Origin: Lama glama
Lineage: Eukaryota
Length of the DNA stretch: 64,000 bases
Assembly: GCA_028534125.1 (NCBI GenBank)
Contig: CM052832.1
Location: 15,378,001 to 15,442,000, forward strand
Reading direction: 5' to 3'
In this document: positions 11,277-21,570 of the stretch, piece after piece
How the letters are laid out: each line of letters opens with the position of its first letter
Position numbering within the stretch: the first letter of the stretch is position 1
Notes under the pieces: generated by a model
What the model was told of the DNA's origin: nothing
Seen by the model: only the letters and a program-made list of their open reading frames with translations
Databases searched by the model: none
Translations under genes and position numbers: made by a program

Positions 11277-12250
11277 GAGGGAGAATGAGACTTGTTGGGC
11301 CCATCTAGATTTTTCTGGAGTATAGCTCTCAAAGGGGACCTATTGGTAGCTAGGGAGGTCTCGATACCCTAGAGATGTCTTTGGAGTAATTATAGCTATG
11401 TTCAAAAGCCATCTCTACATATGGCAGGCTATATTAACAGCTGCTAAGAAACCAGAGGTAATTCTATGTACCCCGGCATCTTGCACTAATGCGAGTCATC
11501 GTTGCTTGGACAGTCAGTATGAAACGGTGCCCTGCTAAGTACATGGGAGGGGTGCAGCAGGAGTTAGAGGCCAGCATTACAGTGAGATTCTGGAGTATTT
11601 GCATTTAAAGATGCTTTCTTGTTGTCATGCTGCAGTCCTCATGAGCTGTGAGGCCAAAAAAACCTTACTTGAAAAAGCCTGGAGAGTGTGTTCCCCAGTT
11701 TATGGTTTTCCTGCTTGCTGGAGCTGCCTACTCCCAGGGCAGACAGAGCTGACAATGTCTCTTACCTTCGTCAGAGACATTGGAGGTGGGCAGGATGAAG
11801 TGGGAGAGACCTGCCCATCACCCCAGCTCTGGACCTGGATTCTGAATGGGCAAGGTCAACCCTAGACACAGCACTGGCCAACCAAGACCTCAGCGTCTCC
11901 ATGTTTTCCCCTTGGAGAGGCAGATCCTATGGGAAGTGATGATTCTGCCAGATTCTGACCACAAAACAACTCTGACCCGGAAATGCAGCTTCTGGTGGGG
12001 GTGGACCTCGTATACAAAAGAGCCACTGATGGGAAATTATACTCTCCGCTACTATTTATTTAATGGGGGGGGGTCAGAAGAGAGGAGCCTGGAGGACCGA
12101 GGAGACCAGGCGCAATGTTTACAAGATGGGTGGACAGGCATCAATACGGAACAGAGAGCAAACGGTTCCAATTAATTCCTTCTTCTGCGCTGTGGAAACC
12201 TATTACAAAGCCCTTGAGTCAAGCACCGAGATACGTTACCCAATTAGGGA

Positions 12251-12256
12251 AATAAA
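12251..12256 (+). terminator. IP6K3: Probable IP6K3 polyadenylation signal
   Basis: AATAAA about 975 nt after the stop, followed by a GU/U-rich tract (TTTGGTGTG...TTTCTGTTTGTTT); second AATAAA at 12443-12448. Confidence 0.65.
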
Positions 12257-12622
12257 TTTGTTAACAAAATTGCTGAGGTCACCAGTGATTATTTGGTGTG
12301 CCTTGTTACTCTTTCTGTTTGTTTATTCTGATCATCACATTATATGGTAGTTCTAGTTCATGGGTGGCCAGAGTATATACAGCAAGAAAAGTTCAACAAT
12401 TTCCTGCAATCCTTTGAGGAACCCGGGTGGGAAATGGTGGCTAATAAAATGTCTGCATGTATCACAAGGCAGGCCCAGATTTAAGAAGCAAGTGGTCCTT
12501 TCATGTGAAGCTTACACAATGCAAAGAGAAGTAATTTCTGTATTCTCATGACTAATTAAAATCAACTTTGCAAAATCCACACCAATAGGAGGAAAGAGTG
12601 GCCTGGATAAATTTTTTTTAAT

Positions 12623-12766
12623 TTTTCAAAATTTATTTTTCTGGGAGGGGAGATAATTAGGTTTATTTATTTCCTTATTTATTTTAATGGAGGTACTGGG
12701 AATTGAACCCAGGACCTCATGCATGCTAAGCATGCACACTACCACTTGAGCTATACCCTCCCCCCC
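12623..12766 (-). mobile_element. tRNA-Ala-derived SINE, long-tail form
   Basis: ATAATTAGGTTTATTTATT...GGAGGTACTGGGAATTGAACCCAGGACC...GAGCTATACCCTCCCC; flanked by GATAA(A)TTTTTTTTAA direct repeats. Confidence 0.9.
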
Positions 12767-14098
12767 AGATAATTTTTTTTAAGTTTGTTTAATTTTAGGA
12801 TATGTAATATGTATTTCAAAGCAAGTTAACTTGCCTAATTAAGTTTGGCTGAGGTAAAGATGTGATTGGTATGTATGCTCTGCGTCCGTGGTGGGAGAAT
12901 TGAGTCAAAGCATAACGGCAAAAGGAAGTCAGCCAAAAATGAAATGTTTGCTAATGACAAAATGGAGCCATAAATACTGCTTTTTCTGGGCCACTTCCTT
13001 GCTTGAGAACCTGGTACCACATCAACCAAATCCAAAGCTCTCCAGCTTAGCTGCGGATTCCTGTCCCCATTCTCAGCCTTGGGTGCTGCAGGACCTGCTA
13101 AGGACAAGGTGGGAATGTCAGCTGGAATCTAAGTCTCTCAGAACCGGCCACCTGCGTCACTGACTATGCCACAACTGCTCTCTGAGGCTGGCTCCTTCTT
13201 CCTGCCCACCTGGTGCCCCACCTCTTGGCTACTCCTTTATCCCCTGGTGCCCTTCGCAGGAGGGCTTCTTCCTCCTCTGCAAAGCACCTGAGGCCCAGCC
13301 AGAATGATTCCCACCTCGTCTTGAAGGTGTCATCAATGGAAGTGCAGTCTGTTGCAAGGGACAAAGTTGGGTAGTGTTTTAGGCTGTTCTTACTCTACTT
13401 CTGGACTCAGAGAGGTAACTGTGGTTTGGACTGTTCATGCAAGGCTTTGCCGATTTAGCACTCAGTTATTGCCAATTTGGGCAAAAGGATAAGAACAGAA
13501 AGGTATGGAGAGAAGAGAAGGTGACAGGTGTGTATGTTTTTGCTCTCCAAACTGAGTTAACTTAAAGATGTCCAAAGGGGCGATGGAGCCTTAGATATCC
13601 AGCAATCTGCAAGTGTATCCCTGTCCTGCGCAGCTGATCTCTCTGCTAAGTGCTATGGAAGATCTAGCTCTTGGGAGCTTAGATTCTAGTTGAGGAAGTA
13701 AGAATAACACAAATGAACTGACAGCAAACCACGCAGGACAGTACCTAGTGATACAGTGGATTAATCTGTGTGACAATCTGCAGACAATCGATCCTATAAC
13801 AAAGTTGGATGTGTTAGCTGAGAGCAGAGTCATGCTGGAAACAGTTGGAGGAGGTGAGACTTCATCTGGGCCCCAAAGGGTGACAGTGGTGGAAAGGGGC
13901 TGGGGCATTGGTGGCGGGTGGGGAGTGGAGGGAGGGAAAAGTCAAGCAGGCTCATGAGTCTGTGGACAGACCAACCCATTCAGAGTTGGGTTTTTGTGGC
14001 TGGGAGCAGAAATGAAGAGAAGAGAAATGGAGTGAGCCCAGAGGGTGGAGACCCTTGGAAATCTGGCCAAGTGGCTCATTCATTTGTTTGTGATTTCA

Positions 14099-14196
14099 TT
14101 CTTCCTTCCTTCCTTCTTCCCTTCCTTCCTTCCTTCCTTCCTTCCTTCCTTCCTTCCTTCCTTCCTCCCTCCCTTCTTCCCTCCCTTCCTCCCTTC
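14099..14196. repeat. (TTCC)n microsatellite
   Basis: Tandem TTCC/CTCC units seen directly. Confidence 0.95.
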
Positions 14197-14640
14197 CATT
14201 CATCCATCCAACAGATATTTTCCAAGTGCCCAGTGCATACAGCACAGCGCCAGGGCTTGTGTAGGAAGCCAGGAAGTGTGAGGATGGTGACGTTATCCTT
14301 AGGAACCTTTTGACTTGATGTGAGAGTGAAGACCCTCATGTGAAAATATCACGGGTGCTTCAGCAGGAACTGGGGGCCATTTGCTGAGCTGTGCAGAGCA
14401 CTACTCAGGAAAGCAGAGGCAGTGAGGACTCAGAGCAGTGGCACACGGGGTGATCATGGAGGTGATGTTTGAGCTGTGCCTAGAAAAGGAGGCAGGTCTG
14501 AAAGGTGATAAAGAAGGGGCAGGTGTTCCAGGGAAAGGAGAGACAAGCAGGCATTCTGCTCAGAGAACAGCAAGCAGTCTGTATTGGCCACAGGATGATG
14601 TATAGGGGCACAGAGGAAGATTAAGACGGAAATGGAGAAA
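14197..14640 (-). mobile_element. L2 LINE 3' fragment
   Basis: CATTCATCCATCCAACAGATATTTTCCAAGTGCC is the reverse of an L2 3' terminus, followed by purine-rich L2-like sequence. Confidence 0.5.
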
Positions 14641-17159
14641 CCCCAGAACATGAGAACTAGAAAGGACCTCTGAACCTTCCACCTCTGCTGCTCACTCTTG
14701 CCTGAGACATTGTAAGAGCCTCTGGCTGGCCTCCCTTACCCAGACTGGGGAGCTCTCTTCTTTTTTGAACTGAGAAACATCCAGGTATTAGTCAGGGTAG
14801 GCTAACTGTTTGCAAACCATCCCCAAACATCTATAGCTTAATATTTCAATCCCTTTTGGTTGGCAGAGAGCCTCTGCCCCACACTGTCATCCAGGGAACC
14901 AGGCTTCTTCCATCCGTGACATCACCATCTTCCACCACAGGCCTAAAGGTTGGATAGGATGGAGAAGGGACTGGGAAAGAGCCAGTCCTGGGGCCCTACA
15001 CAGATGCTGGGGGTGGGGGGGCATGAGATGTAGTTTAATTGTGTTTGTAGGAAGAGGAAATGGGTTTAATGAGAACCTAGCCAGTCTCCACTGCAACCTT
15101 TTTTCTCTGTAATCCTCCCATCAAATTGATACCTGGCTTAAGGAGGAGAAACAGAGACATAAAGAGAATCTGCCAGGCATGAGGGGTCGGCAGGGGACTA
15201 GCAGTGTCAGAGCTGAGGGTTCTGATCCGGATCCTGCCCCAAGCCATGTCCTCATGAGCGTGCCCAGAATGCTGGCAGATTTATTTAGCATCTCCCTTTC
15301 CTCAGTTTCCTTATCTGTCCTACAGGAAACCCTAACTTGGTCCTCAAGACAGGTGATGTGGAAGAGTAACCTGTTCCTGCCCTCCCCACTAGGGACGAGG
15401 GACAAGGGCAGCCTAGGAGACAATCAGCCAGCCCCACCTCTGTCCCTCTGGTGTCCCCTGTGTGATTGAAGAGGAAGCTAAAAAGCAGAATGTTATTACA
15501 GCTTTTCCATAATGCAATGTCATCAGGAAGCCCTGGGCCTCTGGGCAGCACCCTGGCAGCCCCATCACTCTTGCCAGCTGCATGGAGCCTTTTGGACCAC
15601 GCTGGAAAGGGCAGGAAGCAGTCTAATAAAACAAACGGCAAGGCAGGCCCACTCATCAGCAGCTCTTCAAAATGATCTAAACTTCTGACTTTTGATTTAA
15701 ATCTGCATCCTCTGGGGCCAAAAACATAAAACAGAAGAAAAGGCAAAGAACAAAAATGAAAGCGTGGGTGCCAAGAATTAGAAAGGAGGGAGGGAGGAGC
15801 GAGGAAGAAAAGCAGCTCGGGGATGATACCAAGTTGGGCACCAGCCAGGTAGACTGACTTGCACCCAGGTTGGGTCCTTTCCACTATGCATTGCTCAGAA
15901 CATCTCCCCTCTGTCACTAAGCTGCCCCGAAATGGGACAGGAAGTTTGAGAGCTAAACAAAGAAGGAAATCCAGACATCTACCTGCCCCTGATTTGCCCT
16001 TCAGCTTTCTTCCTCAGACTCTAAAGAGAGGGTGGGGACTGGTGGGTGGGGAGACCTGGGTTTATTCTAACATCTTCTCTTCTCTTCAGATTCATTTGGT
16101 GAGAGACTACCGTTCGCCAGGGCTGGCTGTCAAACAGTGACCAGTGCTCTGAGGCAAAAGGGGATCACAAGTGATGGGGACTACAAGTGATGGGGACCAG
16201 GGAAGGCCTCTCTGAGGTGACATCGACTAGAGAGCAGAGTGAAGGTGACAAGCTATCTCAACAGAGCTGGGGGGTCTGGATATAGAGGCTGCAATTTAGG
16301 ACTCCCGCCTATCCCAGCATACCTCAAACACCCACGTGTCTTGAAAACAAGCTCACCTCCAGGAAAAGGCAGCAAACTGCCACCATGTGACCCTTCCAGT
16401 TCACCTTCATATGGGGGCATTCGATGGCTAAGTCCTCCCGTGCGAGGCCAGACCCATTCTTTACAGTAACATATCTGGGCCTTGCAGCCAATCATTTCCT
16501 CTGGTTGAATAAGTTTAAAGAAGAAAAATCAGGCAATTGTGCCCCACAATACAGTTAAGTATTTAATTCGTTTTTAATGTTTACATTATTAACACCAGCA
16601 TTGCAAAAAGATATTTTTACTTTCAAGCGATTTCAATGTGCAATTCGGTGTCTCAATTACTGGGATCATTATAACTTGAGAAACTGAAGCAGTGCTTGCT
16701 CCCTCCTCTCTCCTCCCCCTGAGGTGCCTTGTTTCTATAAAGAGCTCGCAGGGTTCCACAAAGCCCAAATATCCATTCTAAATGGATTGGGAGGTGCAGC
16801 CCTGCTGGGCTTTCCAAGGAGCCAGGGGAGGCTGCATTTGGTGTGGAATGAGTGACAGCCGGCAGGTGGGTGTTCAAATGGTCATCAACTCCCCAAGGGG
16901 CTGGCACTGTCAAGCCACATTCCAGGCGATGCCTATTAATGTGCTCAGAATGATGCTGGGTGACTGACAAGCCAAGTGAGCCCAGACTCTGGCTCCAAAC
17001 ACCCACAGGCCGGGATGGGGGGGGGGTGGTGAGTAGGTAAAACAAGGCCACAGAAGACCCTAGAGCACCCCATCCTCTACCTCAACCCCTGGTACAGAAA
17101 CACCCCACACACACAGTTAGCAATGATGACACTTGCAAGGTGTCTGATGGAGGGCTAAG

Positions 17160-17385
17160 AGGAGCCAGTCAGCTGGGGTTTAAGTCCAGGTTCTGCCACT
17201 TACTCGCTGGTGAACTTGATAAGTCCTTGTCCTTTCTGTGCCTCGGTATCCACCTCTGTAAAATGGGGACAATAGTGGTACTTTTCTCTGAGAGCCATGG
17301 TGAGGACTAAACGAGTCAATATGAAGGCATTTGCAACAGTGGTGGCACACATCTAATATTCAGTACATGTAAATTGATCATTATA
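17160..17385 (+). mobile_element. MIR SINE
   Basis: GGAGCCAG...TCTGCCACTTAC...CTGTGCCTCGG...CTGTAAAATGGGGACAATAGT. Confidence 0.8.
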
Positions 17386-17778
17386 ATTATCATTTTAAGA
17401 TGAAGAACTGAAGCTCAGAGTGATTAAATAGCCCCTCCAAGGTTGGCTGCTTCCAAGGCCTTTGCCTTTATTGCCTTTCTGCCTCGATGTCATTCTTGGT
17501 CCTCACTGGGACTCAGGTTTCTCTCAAACACAAGCCCCTCCAGGCCACCCAGACCCCATGCCCTGCCCCAGTCACAGTGGACCCAGAATCCTGTCTTGAT
17601 TTCTCCCAAGACATCGGACATCATCTTGTTCAATCATTATATGACTGAATACATACAAAGCACTATTATGATTATCATATTGTGTGTCTACTTGGTTGTT
17701 GCCTGTCTCTTCCCACTTAAATGTAAAACCCACAGGATCAGGGCCCTTATCTGTCTGTCCATCAAGTGGAAGTCGCTC

Positions 17779-17929
17779 AGAGTTGGCTTCATGGGTGTGT
17801 AATCTGAAGGGCCCCACACTTGGTTTAATGCTCTGCTGTGACAGTCTTGAAATTCTTAATAACTTTTTAAAAAGGAGCTTCACTTTTTCATTTTTCATCG
17901 GGCCCCCACAAATTCTATACACCGTCCTA
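17779..17929 (+). mobile_element. MER53 (hAT) DNA transposon fossil
   Basis: GGCTTCATGGGTGTG...GAAGGGCCCCACACTTGGTTTAATGCTCTGCTGT...CTTGAAATTCTTAATAA...GGGCCCCCACAAATT matches MER53 as recalled. Confidence 0.75.
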
Positions 17930-17930
17930 G

Positions 17931-17958
17931 ATGAATGAATGAATGAATGAATGAATGA
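17931..17958. repeat. (ATGA)n repeat, probably an L2 tail
   Basis: Tandem ATGA units seen directly. Confidence 0.85.
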
Positions 17959-19674
17959 GAGAGCCCACATTCCAACCCAGGTCTGTCAGACCCCAAAGCC
18001 TCACTTCTGAGCCACAATACATGCCATACAAGCCTCCAGTGGGGAGAAGACAGGTGGGTCGGGCAGCGTGAACCAGGGCAGCCACCGTGATCCAGAAGAT
18101 GCCGTGCTAGGGGAGGGAGAGCCTTAGAAGGAGGCCCTGGTTTGCGTTTCCCTGCATCCCGTTGTTCTCAACCTCTCATTGTATTTGTGTCTCAAGTGGG
18201 GTGAAAACCATCCCCTGCCAACTATTACTCCTCCTCTTGAAGAAGACAGAGGGACCTCAGCCCCTGCCTCCCAGGACAGCTGTTGGCCAGCCAGGTATGC
18301 TCCAAAGCCACAGCTGTGAAGGGGCCTCAGGCAGAATGACAAGGCCTCAGGGTACCCAGCACAGCCTTAGGTGCCTGCAGCTTGATACTGATAGTAAATA
18401 GATAAAAATCTGTCCTTTGGGCCTCAGGGCAGCCATCAAAACTATGTGGTTATAAATACAGCTGAAGGTCAGGGTGGAGCAGGGAGGTACTATTTGACTG
18501 GGAACATTGTGGGGTGTCCTGAGTGCCTCATTTTCCCCCTAAAACTCGCCTAGAAAGGGTATCACACAGCCTGGGCCCCCAGAGTTTCTCTTTCAATAGC
18601 TCTTTACCCTTAAAGACTGTAGAACAGTTCAGAGCTGTTCCTTATTAAAACCACCCACTGATCTGATCTTTCCTCAAATGAAACTCCTCCCTTCTCTCTC
18701 GAGTTTCTGCCCCAGGCTGGAACCTGGATGCTCCTGCTCTGTGTCCCTCCTTTCCCACTTATTCAAATCCTAACCATCCTTAAGGCCCAGCCCAAATGCC
18801 ATCTCCTTCACAAGCAATCCCTGATCTTTCTCCCTCTTCTCCCTTGAATAGCTAGAAGTACTATTTCTCTCTCCAAACTCCTAGTATTCTCTAACACTTC
18901 AATTAAAGCCCGTGTCACTTTCAACTTTGTGTTTTTGTTGTGGATTCACTCCCTGACTCGGGGCAGGAGTCTCCTGGACTCACAAAGTTAGCAGGGTGAG
19001 AAGGGAGAGGTTTGGGGGAAGCCAAGTGTCGCGTGCATGGGATGGTCCTGGCTAAATGTAGGACAGTGAAGACACAAAGGGAGACTGATGCTTTCTTAGG
19101 GGAAGTCTGGAAGGTGGGGGTATCTTTGGAAAAGAAAAATCAGAACATTCCACGATGCAGCTGTATAAGGTGTGTAAGAGAAGGCTTGGTAAAACAAGTT
19201 TTTCCCGGCTGAATCAACCCAGCCGATGTTGCTCAAGCTAGGAAATCTTTGCCTCCCAGGGAAAAGTGGCCGGCTTGGGGAAGCCGCGCTCAGAAGGGAT
19301 ACTAACAGGGGCCGGAGAAAGAGGGACAAGAGCTGAGAAGCACTAAAGAAGGAACTGTGGCAGCGGACCAAGTGGTACTGACAGGTACAGGGACTGCGAG
19401 AAAGCCGCGGTGGGGAGTGGGGATGCGAACCACATGTGCGTGTTATGTGAATAAGTTCAAATACATCATCGAATAACAGACTGTATTGACATTGCAAATG
19501 TATTCGTTTATGCAAATTAGCAGAGATCTCAGAGGAAGGTTTTTTCGTCTGGAGCTTGTGCAGTCATTGAAAAAGAGAAGCAAAGCTGTCCCTGGGTATT
19601 CCACGCCTGACTCGCCCCTGGGGAGCTGGGCTGGTTCCAGGAGGACTCAATTAGATCCGCTCACAGAGGCTGGT

Positions 19675-20160
19675 GAACAGCGCCCCTACCCGGAAAGCGG
19701 CGGGACGCCGGTGAAGTAGCGCATGCTCACTCCTCTCTCCCGCCCCGTCCTTGGGAAAACCGCGATCTTTAGTGCGCAAGCGCCGTCTGTCAGCGTCGAC
19801 TCCTCCCTCAGGGGCGGGGACAAACGGGGTACAAAATGGCGGCCAGCCGCTACCGACGTTTTCTTAAGCTCTGTGAGGAATGGCCAGTGGACGAGACCAA
19901 ACGGGGCCGGGACCTGGGCGCGTACCTGCGGCAGCGGGTAGCGCAGGCCTTTCGGGAGGGAGAGAACACCCAGGTGACAGAATGTGGGGTCAGCCTTCTG
20001 CGGGGAGGCGGCTGGGGCGAGGGGAGGAAAGGACGAGGCAGGGCGGGGCCGACGAACGGGCTAGCGGCAGGGCCCCGCTCACGCGCGCGCCTCTCCTCTC
20101 TGGCCGGCACGTGCGCGCCGCCCGTCTTAACGCCCCGGGAAACTGCCGCTAGCGAGACCT
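19675..20160 (+). promoter_or_regulatory. UQCC2: CpG-island promoter of UQCC2
   Basis: High CpG density around exon 1; NRF1-like GCGCATGC (19719-19726) and TGCGCAAGCGC (19773-19783); GC box GGGGCGGGG (19811-19819); YY1-type CAAAATGGCGGC overlapping the ATG. Confidence 0.85.
19836..19973 (+). CDS. UQCC2: Ubiquinol-cytochrome c reductase complex assembly factor 2, exon 1
   Basis: [46 protein letters not shown]|gtgaca; strong Kozak AAAATGG. Confidence 0.97.
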
Positions 20161-20171
20161 TACCTTCTACT

Positions 20172-20340
20172 CAGTGCTTTCACCTGGCTGCACCTTGGAG
20201 TTACCAGAGAAGCTTTTTTTAAAATCTAGATGCCTGGGACCATTCGACTTTATTGAATCAGAGTCTCTGGGTTGGGGCTTTGGCCTCAGTGTTGTTGAAA
20301 GTTCTAGATGATTCGAGGGGCAGCCAGGGTTGAATCCCAC
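20172..20340. mobile_element. MER5A-like DNA transposon fossil
   Basis: CAGTGCTTTCACCTGGCTGCACCTTGGAG...GATGCCTGGG...TGAATCAGAGTCTCTGGG...GCAGCCAGGGTTGA. Confidence 0.75.
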
Positions 20341-20604
20341 AACAGCAGTCTTAGGTAGTGACAGTTACAGGTTTATAGCTCCCCTGACACGATGCCTTTA
20401 CCTTGCAGTGTTGTGCACTGACTGAACTGATACCTAAGGACCTATGCAGCATTCCTCTGTCCTCCACCCCCACTAAGCTTTGGTGTGCTTCCTGAGCCCC
20501 TATAAGCCTGTGCATCAGGTTTGAGTCCTCAGCCGTCTGTCCATGGTTGTGAGTAGTAGAGGTGTGTTCTTGCTCTCCTCCAGGTTGGTGCTGTAGCTCT
20601 GGGG

Positions 20605-21570
20605 TTTATTTATTCATCTAGCACATACTTCGGGAGCATCGACCATGTGCCGGGAACTGTGCTAGGTTCGACTAATTAGAGGAGGGCCTGTCCACCTGAA
20701 GATTACATGCTAGTTCAGGACACAGTAGGCATAAGACAGTCCAGAGAAGTTCTATGATGGATATTAAGTAAAGTAGCATGATAAAAGGGTAATACTAGTT
20801 ATGATAGATAAAGCTTTACTGAGGAGGTGACACAGATGAGGCCTAAGAAGATGATTAGCTGACGGTGTACACTTGGTGGGAAGGGCATTTCAGGCAGTGC
20901 AGAGGTTTAGAGGTAGAGGTAGGAAGCAAATTGGCAAGTTAGGGGACAGAAACCCAGAGTGGCTGAAGGGTAGTGAATGAAATGGTGTTTGTTAATAGTT
21001 GAATCAGAGGAGGACAGGAGCCAGGGACAGGAGGGCCTTATAGGCAGGCTCCGATTAGGAGCTGGATTTTATCATAAGACCAGTGGCAAGCCATTGGGGA
21101 GGTTTAGTCAAGGGGTTGATCTAACCTAATTTACTTTTTTTTTTTTAGAGATCACACTGGTTGTATTGATAAATGGATTATGGGGGCAAGAATAGAAACA
21201 GTCAGCTGGAGAAAAGGCTCCTCAGGTAGCCCAGGCAAGAAATGATGGTGGCTTGGATGAAAGTGGCAGCACAGGAGATGGAAGGGACTGCATTGAGGTT
21301 GGGTCAACAGGACTTACCGATATATTGGATGTAGGGTGGAGGGAGAGAGAGGAACCAAGGATAACACCTAGATTTTTTTGGCCTGAGCAACTGGATGGAA
21401 GGTAATGCCATTTACTGAGATGAGAAAGACTAGATGAGGAACAGGTGGGGTGTGGGAAGAACATTGAATTTGGTGTTAGACTTGTTAAACTTGAGATGCA
21501 AAGTGGATTTACTTCCAAGTGGAAATGTCAAGTAGGCACTGGGATATTTGAGCCTGGGATTCAGGCAAGA
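20605..21570 (-). mobile_element. L2 LINE fragment
   Basis: Starts with a reversed L2 3' end (TTTATTCATCTAGCACATACTT...TGTGCCGGGAACTGTGCTAGG); body has L2 motifs such as CCAGGCAAGAAATGATGGTGGCTTGGA and GGCCTGAGCAACTGGATGGA. Confidence 0.8.

Noticed and set aside
5880..11288. IP6K3 as a pseudogene
   Set aside because: All four visible exons are in frame with valid splice sites and intact catalytic motifs; the early stop removes only four residues
13918..14339. ORFs with PSFL or RKEG repeats
   Set aside because: Translation of the (TTCC)n microsatellite
15285..15917. 210-aa minus-strand intergenic ORF
   Set aside because: No domain recognised, no supporting exon structure, composition typical of a chance ORF
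16167..16197. Tandem duplication of ACAAGTGATGGGGAC
   Set aside because: Two copies only; ordinary slippage, not an array or CRISPR-like structure
19974..20222. 128-aa single-exon version of UQCC2 in the ORF track
   Set aside because: Homology ends at the donor after 19973; the rest is GC-rich intron read-through
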